Positions 37,101 to 48,126 of a stretch of DNA of 64,000 bases are shown here, piece after piece. The stretch comes from a virus. The stretch lies in IMG/VR virus record IMGVR_UViG_3300028394_000045, positions 1 through 64,000 of that record, one strand, 5' to 3'. Made by a program: the position numbers and the translations under genes. Within the stretch, counting starts at the first letter, position 1; the number at the start of each line of letters is the position of its first letter. Under the pieces are notes generated by a model that made no database searches, was not told the origin of the DNA, and saw only the letters and a list, made by a program, of their open reading frames with translations.

Positions 37101-38471
37101 ATGCCTAAACTTTCCATGTACCGTCCCAATCGAACACGGGATTATCAGTTCCTGGACCGAACCATTTCTGAAATGTACACCGTGGGCGGCTTGGATCTTT
37201 ATTGCCACAAATATCTAGGACCCGAAACCGGTGGTGCTGATTCTGCATTTTCAGGCAATGCAGATGCTACCCAACCGGTATATGAAACACAAAGCCCACT
37301 AAACATACAAGACCTGCTGTTGCTAGAAAACCGTGATCGAGCATACGATCCAGATGTGTACACCATGCGGGGTGTGTACAATACCCAAGACATTGATTTT
37401 GATCTTACACAATTTGGCTTGTTTCTAAACAACGATACCCTGTTCATCACGTTTCATTACAATGACATGATCGATGCGTTTGGACGAAAATTAATGAATG
37501 GTGATGTGCTAGAAGTGCCCAATCTCAAAGACTTCCATCCTTTAAATCCAAACTTGCCTACTGCATTTTCCAAGTATTACGTGATCCAGGATGCAGCCTA
37601 TGCCAGCGAAGGATTCAGTGTGACATGGTTGCCTCACTTGTGGCGTGTGAAAGCCACACCGCTCACAGATGCACAAGAATTCAATACTATCACCAACAAG
37701 CCATTTGTTAGCCAACAGATCTGGGACAATGGCAATTTTTACCCAACAGGCAGCATAGTGAATTATGGTGATGCGTACTATCAAGCCCAGGTCAACACAC
37801 CAGCTGGCACAGACATAAACAATACTGCCTATTGGCAACCGTACACACCACCTACCATATCTGACAGTCAAGGTACCAGAGTCAAAGATACTGAGATCAA
37901 CGATGCCATACTCACACAGGCCGATGTTGAAGTGCCACTCAGTGGATATGATGTGACCAAATTCTATGTTCTCCCCACAGAGAATTCACAACCAGGCAAT
38001 CCAACCACACTCACTGCTGATGGCGGTACAACTGTGGATGGCACACAAAGTGGCATGGATGTCACTCCCAAAGGGCCAGGTTATACTGTGGGCTATCTTA
38101 CCGGGCAAGGTGTTGCACCAAACGGATTGCCGGTTACACCTGGAGTGAGCTTTCCTCTTAACCCGGTACAAGGAGATTATGCATTGAGATTAGATTATCA
38201 GCCCAATCGATTGTTCCGTTATGATGGCAAACGCTGGATCAAGATCGAAGATAGTGTTCGTGCTAATCTCAACAACGGTGCGACCAACGATACTTTACGC
38301 AGCACTTTTGTTAACAATACATACACTGTGAATACCACAGACATGGGCAACATACCTAGCCGCCAGAGTCTCAGCGAGATACTCCGGCCCAGAGCAGACA
38401 ATGGCGATCAAGGCGGTAATTTTCCACCAAACCCATACCCACGTACACAACCAGGACAGAAGTCCAGCTAA
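37101..38471 (+). CDS. gp14: neck/head-closure protein, gp14-like, with insertions
   Basis: IQDLLLLENRDR, LTQFGLFL, LFITFH, GDVLEVP; upstream of gp15; late promoter 7 nt before ATG. Confidence 0.6.
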   Translation: MPKLSMYRPNRTRDYQFLDRTISEMYTVGGLDLYCHKYLGPETGGADSAFSGNADATQPVYETQSPLNIQDLLLLENRDRAYDPDVYTMRGVYNTQDIDFDLTQFGLFLNNDTLFITFHYNDMIDAFGRKLMNGDVLEVPNLKDFHPLNPNLPTAFSKYYVIQDAAYASEGFSVTWLPHLWRVKATPLTDAQEFNTITNKPFVSQQIWDNGNFYPTGSIVNYGDAYYQAQVNTPAGTDINNTAYWQPYTPPTISDSQGTRVKDTEINDAILTQADVEVPLSGYDVTKFYVLPTENSQPGNPTTLTADGGTTVDGTQSGMDVTPKGPGYTVGYLTGQGVAPNGLPVTPGVSFPLNPVQGDYALRLDYQPNRLFRYDGKRWIKIEDSVRANLNNGATNDTLRSTFVNNTYTVNTTDMGNIPSRQSLSEILRPRADNGDQGGNFPPNPYPRTQPGQKSS

Positions 38472-38474
38472 CAC

Positions 38475-39863
38475 ATGCAATCATTCTTTTACGACGAACA
38501 AATACGCAGGTTTTTGCTGCAATTTACCAGGATAGTATCAAACTTCCAGGTGCAGTACGGACGTGATGGTGAGCAACCTGCGCTGCTGCGTGTGCCTGTG
38601 CGGTACGGTGATGCCAGTAGGAATGCACAAACTATCCTGCAGGAAAATTCCGCAGCCAGCATGCCCAGCACTCCGCTGATGACTTTTTACGTGTCAGCCC
38701 TGACGTATGATCGCCCTAGGATGCAGGAACCCTATCATGTGAATACAGTATCTGTGCGCCAACGCACCTATGACAGTGCCACAGACAGTTACGAAACCAC
38801 GCAAGGTAATGCATTCACTATCGAACGCTTGATGCCTGTGCCATACAGATTGGGCATCACACTGGATATCTGGACCAGTAATACCAACCAAAAATTCCAA
38901 CTGCTGGAACAGATCCTGACCTTGTTCAATCCCAGCTTGGAGATACAGAGTACGGACAACTATCTTGATTGGACCAGCCTCAGCGTGGTAGAACTAGATG
39001 ACTGTGTATGGACATCTAGAGTTATTCCACAAGGCACAGACAATCCCATTGATGTGGCTACACTAAAATTTGGGCTGCCTATCTGGATTTCATCACCGGC
39101 CAAGGTCAAGAAACTGGGTGTGGTGGAACGTGTGATCGCCAGCATGTACGACGCACAAGGCGATCTAAACAATGCCATATATCAAAACGATCTGTTGTTA
39201 GGCACCAGACAGGTGATCACTCCGTACAATTGGGCTGTGGTGTTGATCAACAACAAACTGCAATGTTTACAACAGCAAGAAACAGCACAAGAACCGGCAA
39301 ATGACTCATTGACACCGCCAACCATCGTGTCCGACAGCAATCTGTTGTGGCCAGCAGTGATTGGAGTATATGGTGCGTTCCGTCCGGGCATCAGTCAAGT
39401 GAGACTGGTGCAGCCCGACGAAACCGAAGTGATAGGAACTGTGTCATTGGATCCCAATGACGATCGTTTCTTGTTGTTTGACGTGGATATTGATACTGTG
39501 CCCGGCAACACATTGGAACCGATTGATGCTATCATCAATCCTTTGACCTACGCTCCTAATCCGGATGATTCAAATTTTCAAGGTGTAAGATATCTATTAA
39601 CTGAGGCAACCGGTAATATTGACAATGATTATCCTGCTGAAGGATGGTTGGGGGCCAACGGACGTGGCTTGGTTGCCGGTGCCAACGACATCATTGAATA
39701 CAGCAACAACTACTGGCGTGTGGTGTTCAACTCAGCGGTTGTCACAGAAGTGCAATATGTTACCAATATCACAACCAGTATCCAATATGAGTGGGACGGG
39801 CAGCAATGGATCAAGAGTTATCAAGGTGTGTATCTAGGCGGTGAATGGAGCCTTGTACTTTGA
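38475..39863 (+). CDS. gp15: tail sheath stabiliser / tail terminator, gp15-like, C-terminally extended
   Basis: FFYDEQIRRF, VPVRYG, MPVPY, QLLEQILTLFNP. Confidence 0.8.
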   Translation: MQSFFYDEQIRRFLLQFTRIVSNFQVQYGRDGEQPALLRVPVRYGDASRNAQTILQENSAASMPSTPLMTFYVSALTYDRPRMQEPYHVNTVSVRQRTYDSATDSYETTQGNAFTIERLMPVPYRLGITLDIWTSNTNQKFQLLEQILTLFNPSLEIQSTDNYLDWTSLSVVELDDCVWTSRVIPQGTDNPIDVATLKFGLPIWISSPAKVKKLGVVERVIASMYDAQGDLNNAIYQNDLLLGTRQVITPYNWAVVLINNKLQCLQQQETAQEPANDSLTPPTIVSDSNLLWPAVIGVYGAFRPGISQVRLVQPDETEVIGTVSLDPNDDRFLLFDVDIDTVPGNTLEPIDAIINPLTYAPNPDDSNFQGVRYLLTEATGNIDNDYPAEGWLGANGRGLVAGANDIIEYSNNYWRVVFNSAVVTEVQYVTNITTSIQYEWDGQQWIKSYQGVYLGGEWSLVL

Positions 39864-40285
39864 AAGCGGTAGGGGTTTGGTTCCGTAGTCATGCCACTGG
39901 CAGATACCTGTATCTCATGAGATCTGATGCCAAGCATCCGGGTGCATGGGGCTTGCCAGGTGGCAAGGTAGAGACCGGAGAAACCTTGTTGGGCGGCATG
40001 GAACGCGAGTGTGTGGAAGAACTGGGCAGCATGCCTGACTACTTGCGATTGATCCCATTAGAAAAATTCACATCCACGGACAATGCATTTGAATATCACA
40101 CCTGGGTGTGTATTGTTGATAGGGAGTTTGTGCCTGTGTTGAATCACGAACACTTGGGCTATGCTTGGTTAGACGGTGGACACTGGCCCAAGCCCATGCA
40201 TCCGGGACTGTGGAGCACAGTGAATCTCGAAGCTGTGCAACAAAAAATCGAAGCAGTTGAACGCAGTTTTCAGCCTGCGAAATAA
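39845..40285 (+). CDS. NUDIX hydrolase
   Basis: WGLPGGKVETGETLLGGMERECVEELG NUDIX box. Confidence 0.9.
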   Translation: MEPCTLKAVGVWFRSHATGRYLYLMRSDAKHPGAWGLPGGKVETGETLLGGMERECVEELGSMPDYLRLIPLEKFTSTDNAFEYHTWVCIVDREFVPVLNHEHLGYAWLDGGHWPKPMHPGLWSTVNLEAVQQKIEAVERSFQPAK

Positions 40286-40288
40286 CTG

Positions 40289-43200
40289 TTACAATCTTCC
40301 AACCAATATTTCGATAACGCCGGCAACACCGGTGTGATCCTGCACAGCTTTACCAAGTATGGATCCCGGCGCTGGATTGGATTCTGATCTAGCAGCACCA
40401 TTGCCGGCGCTGACCATCATGTCTCCTCGACGCACTGTACCGACCACACTGCATGGCACACGACCTATCAGCGCCACTGCGGTAGGGTGATTGGCTTGTA
40501 AATCACTGTTCATCAAGTGAGCAGGATCTGTAGATACCACACCGATTATTCTGGTGCTCATGTCACTATCGCTTAGTGTAATTTCTTCCGAGCCGCCAAA
40601 CTCAAGCACTGTTCCGGGTGTGTAGTAAGCGTCAGCTGCATACATCTCGGCCAAGTCAGCATATTGTGCCGATGTTGCCTTGGCAAACACAGTATTGAAC
40701 ACAGCGCCGCTGGCACCAATATTACCAGTACCTGTTGTGGCAGCATTGTTGATGGCTGTGGTCGCATTGTTGATGGTCAGGCCAGTCAGCGTACCCAAGC
40801 TGGTGATATTGCCTTGTGCTGCTGTGGTCACTGTGCCTGCTGTGGTTGCACTGCCTGCTGAACCAGATACACTACCATTTATAGTTGCTGATACAGTCAA
40901 GCCAGTCAATGTACCCACACTGGTGATATTGCCCTGTGCTGCTGTGGTCACTGTGCCTGCCGTTGTGGCCGATGTGGCCGATGGAACTGTGCCAGTTACG
41001 TTGGCACCTGGAATACTTGTAAGTCCTGCACCCGATCCATTGAATTGGCTTCCAGTCACAGTGCTGGTTACTGATACTGTGGTACCTGTGTGTGTGGTTG
41101 CATTCACATTGGCACCACCTAACACATTGCCACCTGAGATATTACCGGTCACTGCCAAACTGGTCAGTGTGCCCACACTGGTGATATTGGTCTGTGCTGC
41201 TGTGGTCAATGTACCCACGATACTGGTACCACTCAAGTTGCCACTGGTTATGTTGCCAGTAACCGCTAAACTGCCCAGTGTTCCAACTGAGGTGATATTG
41301 GTCTGTGCTGCCGTGGTCAAGGTGCCCACGATGCTAGTACCTGACAGATTGCCACTGGTTATGTTTCCTGTCACTGCTAAACTAGTTAGGGTACCAACTG
41401 AAGTGATGTTGCCTTGTGCTGCTGTGGTCACAGTTCCTGCCGTTGTGGCCGATGTAGCCAGTGGAACTGTACCTGTTACGTTGGCACCTGGAATACTGGT
41501 CAATCCTGCACCTGATCCGTTGAATTGACTTCCTGTTACAGTGCTGGTCACACTCACAGTGGTACCTGTGTGAGTGGTAGCATTCACGTTGGCACCACCT
41601 AACACATTACCGCCTGTGATATTACCGGTTACATTCAAACTACCTAATGTACCCACTGAGGTTATGTTGGTTTGTGCTGCGGTAAGCAAGGTGCCCACGA
41701 TGCTAGTACCTGACAGGTTGCCACTGGTGATGTTGCCAGTAACTGCCAAACTGGTCAGTGTGCCCACACTGGTGATATTGGTCTGTGCTGCTGTGGTCAA
41801 GGTGCCCACGATGCTAGTACCTGACAGGTTGCCACTGGTGATGTTGCCAGTAACTGCCAAACTGCCCAGTGTTCCAACTGAGGTGATGTTGCCTTGTGCT
41901 GCACCACTCACAGTGGCAGCATAGCCAGATGTATTAACACTTAACGTACCAGTTACGTTGGCAGCAGGAATTGAAGTTAGGCCTGCGCCTGATCCGTTGA
42001 ATTGGCTTGCAGTGACAGCACCAGTTGATGATATCAATCCACCTGTGAGCAAATTACCACTTGTGGTATTGCCGGTCACTGCCAGGCTGCCTAGAGTTCC
42101 CAAGCTGGTGATATTGGTCTGTGCTGCTGTGGTCAGCGTACCCACAATGCTGGTACCTGACAGGTTGCCGCCACTAATATTACCAGTCACAGCCAAACTG
42201 GTCAATGTACCAACACTGGTAATATTACCCTGAGCTGCTGTGGTCACCGTGCCTGCCGTTGTGGCCGATGGCACAGTGCCAGTTACGTTGGCGCCAGGAA
42301 TTGAAGTCAATCCAGCACCAGATCCATTGAATTGGCTTCCAGTAACTGTGCTTGTTGCACTGATTAATCCGCCTGTTAAAATATTACCGCCGGTGATGTT
42401 ACCAGTGGCGCTATAACTTCCGGCGGTGCTTGATCCACTGCCCAGACTTAAAGAAGTAGCACTAAGTGCCGCTGCGGATATGATGTTACCGCCGTTTATA
42501 TTGCCAGTCACACTCACTGTGGTACCTGTGTGTGTGGTTGCATTCACATTGGCACCACCTAACACATTGCCACCCGAGATATTACCGGTCACCGCCAAAC
42601 TGCCCAGAGTACCTACCGAGGTGATGTTAGTTTGTGCTGCTGTGGTCAATGTACCCACGATACTGGTACCACTCAAGTTGCCACCACTAATATTGCCAGT
42701 TGCAGATACTATGCCAGAAGTGGTTAGGTTGCCGCCAATCACATTGGCAGTTGCACTCAAGGTGGTAGCATTGACCACGTTGGCTCCGCTGATGTTGCCA
42801 CCGGATCCTGCTGTTATGATGTTGCCACCGGTGATGTTAGCACTTACTGAGACTGTAGTACCCGATAGCAATACAGCATTCACATTGGCTCCACCCAGCA
42901 CGTTGCCACCTGAGATGTTGCCTGTGGCCGATATTGCACCACCTGTTATCAAGTTGCCAGTAGTGGTATTGCCAGTCACGCTCAAACTTGCCAATGTGCC
43001 AACTGTGGTAGCTGCTACTCCTGTGAGCAGTGATCCATTACCAATATAGTAGTTGCCAGTGATGTTGCCTGTGACACTTACGATGCCACCGGTGTTGATG
43101 TTGGCGCCAGTGATGTTGCCTGTGGCACTTACGATGCCACCGGTGTTGATGTTAGCACCACTGATGTTGCCTGTGACAGCCAGACTGGTCAATGTGCCCA

Positions 43201-46200
43201 CTGACGTGATATTGGTCTGTGCTGCTGTGGTCAGTGTGCCCACGATACTTGTGCCACTCAAGTTACCACCAGTGATGTTACCAGTTACCGAGACTGTGGT
43301 ACCTGTGTGTGTGGTTGCATTCACATTGGCTCCACCTAACACATTACCACCGGTGATATTACCAGTTACCGAAACTGTGGTACCTGTATGTGTGGTTGCA
43401 TTCACATTGGCGCCGCCCAGGATGTTGCCACCAGTGATATTGCCTGTTGCACTTACCAAGCCACCTGTATTGATATTGGCACCAGTTACATTGCCCGAAG
43501 CTGACATCAATCCAGCAACGCCGGCACCATTGGACACTGTCCAAATATTACCGGTGCTGTTGTAGGTTAATGTAGCATATTCAGCGCCAACTGGACCAAC
43601 TCCAATGCCACCACCGTTGGCAGCGGCCGCAGTAGCAGCATTATTGGCCATGTTGATTACCAAATCATTTGTGGTGATTGTATTGGAATCAATATAAGTT
43701 ACATTGCCAGTAACGCTCAAGTTACCTTGAATAATTACCGCACCAGTGTTACCAGCAGCAGCAGGATCAATTGTGATTATGTTATCACTTGAACTGATTG
43801 TATTGCCTGTCAATGACAGTGTGCCAAAGGTGGCATTGCCACCTGTGATGTTGCCAGTTACTGAAACTGTGGTACCTGTGTGAGTTGTGGCATTCACATT
43901 GGCACCACCCAGCACATTACCGCCTGTGATGTTGCCAGTTACTGAAACTGTGGTACCTGTGTGAGTTGTGGCATTCACATTGGAACCACCCAGCACATTA
44001 CCGCCTGTGATATTGCCGGTCACATTCAAACTGCCCAATGTGCCCACTGCGGTAATATTGGTCTGTGTGGCAGTGATTATTGTACCTGCAATGCTTCCAC
44101 CTACTGTGAGGTTGCCGCCAGTGATATTACCAGTTGAACTGATCACGCCGGCTGTGAGCAAATTACCACCAGTGGTATTACCAGTCACAGCCAAGCTGGT
44201 CAGTGTGCCCACACTAGTAATATTGGTCTGTGCAGCAGTGGTCAATGTGCCCACGATGCTGGTACCTAACAGATTGCCACCTGTAATATTGCCTGTGGCA
44301 CTAATAAGACCGCTGGTCAAGATGTTGGCGCTGGCCGATACTGTGCCAGGAGTTGTTAGATTACCGCCAGCAATGTTTGCAGTGACATTGAGTGCTGACA
44401 CCACATTTGAGCTCAAGCTCAATCCTGCGGCATTTAGATTAGCGCCGGTGATGTTGCCATAGGCGCTTATGGTACCACGGGTGATACCTGTACCAACTCT
44501 TAGATCTTCAGCAATAGCAGTGTTTGTGGTAACAACATTTCCAACAGTGGTGACGTTGCCACCAATCACATTGCCTGCGGCCGAAATAGAGTTGGTAGAT
44601 AACAACACACCCGAAACTGCAATATTGCCGCCGGTGATGTTGCCACTACCTGTTACTACACCAGTGCTAAAATATACACTACCATTAAACGCCGCGCCAT
44701 TAACATTGCCGCCGGTGCTGATTTGAGTCCCGACTCCGCCGGCCAATATATTGCCGCCTGTGATGTTGCCGGTTGCGCTAATTAATCCTCCGGTTACTAA
44801 ATTACCGCCAATGACATTGGCAGTTGCGCTGACATTGCCGCCAGTTAAGATGTTGCCGGTTGCACTTACGATATTACCAACAACAAGATTGCCAACACCT
44901 GGGCCATTACTAACAGTTAAATTACCAACTTGTGCATCACCAGTGCCAAGTAATCCGAATATACCAAACAGAATGTTGCCAGCGGTGATGTTGCCACTGG
45001 TTGATATCGGGTTTGTTCCAAATGCTGCCAAGTTAGCTGCCACGTTGGCATTACCGTATGTTGCTGGTAATCCGGTTAGTTGAGATCCGTTACCCAGGAA
45101 ATAATTTCCAGTTATATTGCCTGTGGTGCTGTAGCTTGCAGCAGTTGATGCACCTGTAGTGATAGTTGCGCCACCGGTGATGATATTGCCACCCGTGACG
45201 TTGCCAGTGGCGCTGTAGCTTGCGGCAGTTGAAGTACCAGATGAACTGATCCCGCCTGTGATAATGTTACCACCGGTGATGTTGCCTGTGGTTAATATTG
45301 GGTTTGAGCCAAATGCTGCCAGATTAGCTGCCACGTTGGCATTGCCATAACCGGCTGCAATACCCGTCAGCTGAGATCCGTTACCGATAAAGTAGTTGCC
45401 CGTGACGTTACCAGTGGCACTTACGATTCCGCCTGTTAATATGTTTCCGCCGGTTGCATTACCTGTCACCGCTAAACTGATCAATGTGCCCACGCTGGTG
45501 ATATTGGTCTGTGCTGCTGTGGTCAAAGTACCCACAATGCTGGTGCCTGACAGATTGCCGCCAGTGATGTTACCTGTTACTGATACAGTGGCACCTGTAT
45601 GTGTGGTAGCATTTACATTGGCACCACCAAGAATGTTGCCTGCTGTGATATTGCCACTGGTTGATATGGGATTTGAGCCAAATGCTGCTAGATTAGCTAC
45701 AACATTGGCATTGCCATATGTGGCTGCAAGGCCGGTCAGTTGAGATCCGTTACCGATAAAAAAGTTGCCGGTTACGTTACCTGTTGCTAGCACTATGCCG
45801 GCAGTGGTTAGGTTGCCGCCAATCACATTGGCAGTTGCACTCAACGTGGTACTGTTAATTACATTGGCTCCGCTGATGTTGCCACCGGATCCTGTTGTTA
45901 CGATGTTGCCACCGGTGATATTGCCAGTTGCACTTACCAGGCCGGCTGTTAATACATTTCCACCAGTGACATTACCGGTACTACTTACAATTCCGGCTGT
46001 TAGTAAATTTCCACTTGTGGCATTGCCTGTGACTGTTAAACTGCCTAACGTACCCACTGAAGTGATATTGGTCTGTGCTGCTGTGGTCAGTGTGCCCACG
46101 ATGCTGGTACCACTTAGGTTACCGCCAGTGATGTTACCGGTTACTGATACAGTGGCACCTGTGTGTGTGGTTGCATTCACATTAGCACCACCTAGTATGT

Positions 46201-48064
46201 TGCCACCAGTGATGTTACCAGTTACCGAAACTGTGGTACCTGTATGTGTGGTTGCATTCACATTGGCACCACCTAGGATATTACCACCAGTGATGTTACC
46301 GCTGGTGGATATTGGGTTTGAGCCAAATGCTGCCAAGTTAGCTGCCACGTTGGCATTGCCATAACCGGCTGCAATACCCGTCAGCTGAGAGCCATTACCG
46401 ATAAAAAAGTTGCCGGTGATATTGCCCGTGGCACTCACAATGCCAGCAGTTAAGATGTTGCCGCCGGTGACGTTGGCACTGACTGAAACAGTGGTACCTG
46501 TATGAGTTGTGGCGTTGACATTGGCACCACCTAGGATATTACCACCAGTGATATTGCCACTTGTGGATATTGGGTTTGAGCCAAATGCTGCCAAGTTAGC
46601 TGCCACATTGGCATTGCCATATGTGGCTGCAATACCCGTCAGCTGAGAGCCATTACCGATAAAAAAGTTGCCGGTGATATTGCCGGTTGTGCTGACTGGA
46701 TTTGTGCCCAATGCAGCCAAGTTGGCAACAACATTGGCGTTGCCGTAACTGGCAGCAATACCTGTCAGCTGAGATCCATTGCCAATAAAGAAATTGCCGG
46801 TTACATTACCGGTTGATGATACAATGCCAGCAGTTAATATATTACCACCAGAGATGTTGCCGGTTACCGCTACGGTGCCCAACGTACCCACTGAGGTTAT
46901 ATTGGTCTGTGCTGCTGTGGTCAGGGTACCCGCAATACTGGCGCCGCTGAGGTTGCCACCGGTTATATTACCTGTTGCACTTATCACACCACCTGTCAAT
47001 ACATTGCCGCCGGTGACATTGGCACTGACTGAAACTGTGGTACCTGTATGTGTGGTAGCATTCACGTTGGCGCCGCCTAACACATTACCACCAGTGATGT
47101 TACCAGTCACTGCTAGACTAGTCAATGTGCCCACTGAGGTAACATTGGTCTGTGCTGCTGTGGTCAGGGCACCCGCGATACTGGTGCCTGAGAGATTGCC
47201 ACCTGTGATGTTGCCGGTGGTGGATACTGGATTGGTTCCAAGTGCTGCCAAGTTGGCCACCACATTGGCATTGCCATATGCGGCTGCAAGACCGGTAAGT
47301 TGTGATCCATTGCCAACAAAGTAGTTGCCAGTGATATTGCCTGTGGTTGATACAGGATTAGTGCCAAATGCTGCCAAGTTGGCAGCCACGTTGGCATTGC
47401 CGTATGGAGTAAGAGTTCCGGCGCCGGATATCACTGAAGTCTGTCCTGATTCATTTACAAAAACAATGCTGGTACTGTTGGCACTGATACTGGCGTTGCC
47501 TAAGAAAAGAGAATTGTTTGAAAGATAAAGATCGTTAAATGCAGCAGTTGGGCTACCTAGATTATAGGTGATATTAGCTGTTGGAATTATGTTGGCTTTG
47601 ACAACAATATTAGCCGGAGTAAAAACTGCTATATTGCTAACACCACCCACGCCCACGGAAACATTGCTATTGGCCGCTACACTCACATTGCTGTTGCCGT
47701 TGATAATTGATGTTCCGCCGCCACCGGCAGAGATGCCAGTCAGTTGAGATCCGTTACCTACAAAATATGTTGAGTAAACTGTATCGAATCGAACATTGGC
47801 GGTACCGATATCATACACCGCATCAATGCCGGGCACAATTGTGCTGTTGGCCTGAATGTTGCCAACACCATTGCCTGCCAGTACCAAATTGTTATTTGTC
47901 CCAATCACACCAATGGTGTTTCCGGAGATCACCACATTACTATCTACAGGTCCTGCTGCATATATTTCGGAAAAATTTTCATTTACTGCGGTAAATGCAT
48001 CGCGTAATGACTCGCCGGTGCCATCATTTGTTGTGTTACCGGTGTTGATGATCTGTTGTGCCAT
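40289..48064 (-). CDS. giant repeat-rich fibre/adhesin-like virion protein (2591 aa)
   Basis: N-terminal INTGNTTNDGTGESLRDAF anchor motif; G/N/T/V repeats; C-terminal ADLAEMY...GVVSTDPAHLMN...GRVP...GKA chaperone-like domain. Confidence 0.8.
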   Translation of the reverse strand: MAQQIINTGNTTNDGTGESLRDAFTAVNENFSEIYAAGPVDSNVVISGNTIGVIGTNNNLVLAGNGVGNIQANSTIVPGIDAVYDIGTANVRFDTVYSTYFVGNGSQLTGISAGGGGTSIINGNSNVSVAANSNVSVGVGGVSNIAVFTPANIVVKANIIPTANITYNLGSPTAAFNDLYLSNNSLFLGNASISANSTSIVFVNESGQTSVISGAGTLTPYGNANVAANLAAFGTNPVSTTGNITGNYFVGNGSQLTGLAAAYGNANVVANLAALGTNPVSTTGNITGGNLSGTSIAGALTTAAQTNVTSVGTLTSLAVTGNITGGNVLGGANVNATTHTGTTVSVSANVTGGNVLTGGVISATGNITGGNLSGASIAGTLTTAAQTNITSVGTLGTVAVTGNISGGNILTAGIVSSTGNVTGNFFIGNGSQLTGIAASYGNANVVANLAALGTNPVSTTGNITGNFFIGNGSQLTGIAATYGNANVAANLAAFGSNPISTSGNITGGNILGGANVNATTHTGTTVSVSANVTGGNILTAGIVSATGNITGNFFIGNGSQLTGIAAGYGNANVAANLAAFGSNPISTSGNITGGNILGGANVNATTHTGTTVSVTGNITGGNILGGANVNATTHTGATVSVTGNITGGNLSGTSIVGTLTTAAQTNITSVGTLGSLTVTGNATSGNLLTAGIVSSTGNVTGGNVLTAGLVSATGNITGGNIVTTGSGGNISGANVINSTTLSATANVIGGNLTTAGIVLATGNVTGNFFIGNGSQLTGLAATYGNANVVANLAAFGSNPISTSGNITAGNILGGANVNATTHTGATVSVTGNITGGNLSGTSIVGTLTTAAQTNITSVGTLISLAVTGNATGGNILTGGIVSATGNVTGNYFIGNGSQLTGIAAGYGNANVAANLAAFGSNPILTTGNITGGNIITGGISSSGTSTAASYSATGNVTGGNIITGGATITTGASTAASYSTTGNITGNYFLGNGSQLTGLPATYGNANVAANLAAFGTNPISTSGNITAGNILFGIFGLLGTGDAQVGNLTVSNGPGVGNLVVGNIVSATGNILTGGNVSATANVIGGNLVTGGLISATGNITGGNILAGGVGTQISTGGNVNGAAFNGSVYFSTGVVTGSGNITGGNIAVSGVLLSTNSISAAGNVIGGNVTTVGNVVTTNTAIAEDLRVGTGITRGTISAYGNITGANLNAAGLSLSSNVVSALNVTANIAGGNLTTPGTVSASANILTSGLISATGNITGGNLLGTSIVGTLTTAAQTNITSVGTLTSLAVTGNTTGGNLLTAGVISSTGNITGGNLTVGGSIAGTIITATQTNITAVGTLGSLNVTGNITGGNVLGGSNVNATTHTGTTVSVTGNITGGNVLGGANVNATTHTGTTVSVTGNITGGNATFGTLSLTGNTISSSDNIITIDPAAAGNTGAVIIQGNLSVTGNVTYIDSNTITTNDLVINMANNAATAAAANGGGIGVGPVGAEYATLTYNSTGNIWTVSNGAGVAGLMSASGNVTGANINTGGLVSATGNITGGNILGGANVNATTHTGTTVSVTGNITGGNVLGGANVNATTHTGTTVSVTGNITGGNLSGTSIVGTLTTAAQTNITSVGTLTSLAVTGNISGANINTGGIVSATGNITGANINTGGIVSVTGNITGNYYIGNGSLLTGVAATTVGTLASLSVTGNTTTGNLITGGAISATGNISGGNVLGGANVNAVLLSGTTVSVSANITGGNIITAGSGGNISGANVVNATTLSATANVIGGNLTTSGIVSATGNISGGNLSGTSIVGTLTTAAQTNITSVGTLGSLAVTGNISGGNVLGGANVNATTHTGTTVSVTGNINGGNIISAAALSATSLSLGSGSSTAGSYSATGNITGGNILTGGLISATSTVTGSQFNGSGAGLTSIPGANVTGTVPSATTAGTVTTAAQGNITSVGTLTSLAVTGNISGGNLSGTSIVGTLTTAAQTNITSLGTLGSLAVTGNTTSGNLLTGGLISSTGAVTASQFNGSGAGLTSIPAANVTGTLSVNTSGYAATVSGAAQGNITSVGTLGSLAVTGNITSGNLSGTSIVGTLTTAAQTNITSVGTLTSLAVTGNITSGNLSGTSIVGTLLTAAQTNITSVGTLGSLNVTGNITGGNVLGGANVNATTHTGTTVSVTSTVTGSQFNGSGAGLTSIPGANVTGTVPLATSATTAGTVTTAAQGNITSVGTLTSLAVTGNITSGNLSGTSIVGTLTTAAQTNITSVGTLGSLAVTGNITSGNLSGTSIVGTLTTAAQTNITSVGTLTSLAVTGNISGGNVLGGANVNATTHTGTTVSVTSTVTGSQFNGSGAGLTSIPGANVTGTVPSATSATTAGTVTTAAQGNITSVGTLTGLTVSATINGSVSGSAGSATTAGTVTTAAQGNITSLGTLTGLTINNATTAINNAATTGTGNIGASGAVFNTVFAKATSAQYADLAEMYAADAYYTPGTVLEFGGSEEITLSDSDMSTRIIGVVSTDPAHLMNSDLQANHPTAVALIGRVPCSVVGTVRRGDMMVSAGNGAARSESNPAPGSILGKAVQDHTGVAGVIEILVGRL
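40780..47410 (-). repeat. intragenic modular tandem repeats of fibre 1
   Basis: recurring units GNITGGNLSGTSIVGTLTTAAQTNITSVGTL.SL.VT, GNITGGNVLGGANVNATTHTGTTVSVT, GNFFIGNGSQLTG..A.YGNANV.ANLAA.G.NP.ST, GSQFNGSGAGLTSIPGANVTGT. Confidence 0.85.
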
Positions 48065-48069
48065 GTGGG

Positions 48070-48106
48070 TTCCTGAGTTTATGATATATTTACCATAACT
48101 CAGGAA
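48070..48106 (-). promoter_or_regulatory. RBS-occluding hairpin with the late promoter in its loop
   Basis: TTCCTGAGTTATG-[GTAAATATAT]-CATAAACTCAGGAA, then CCCACATG. Confidence 0.65.
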
Positions 48107-48126
48107 TTAGGATTGCACGGATCAGT

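Noticed and set aside
40780-47410. Regularly recurring DNA repeats that could be mistaken for a CRISPR array or DGR repeats
   Set aside because: Repeats are in-frame coding units with synonymous variation and no unique spacers; no cas or reverse transcriptase gene in the window
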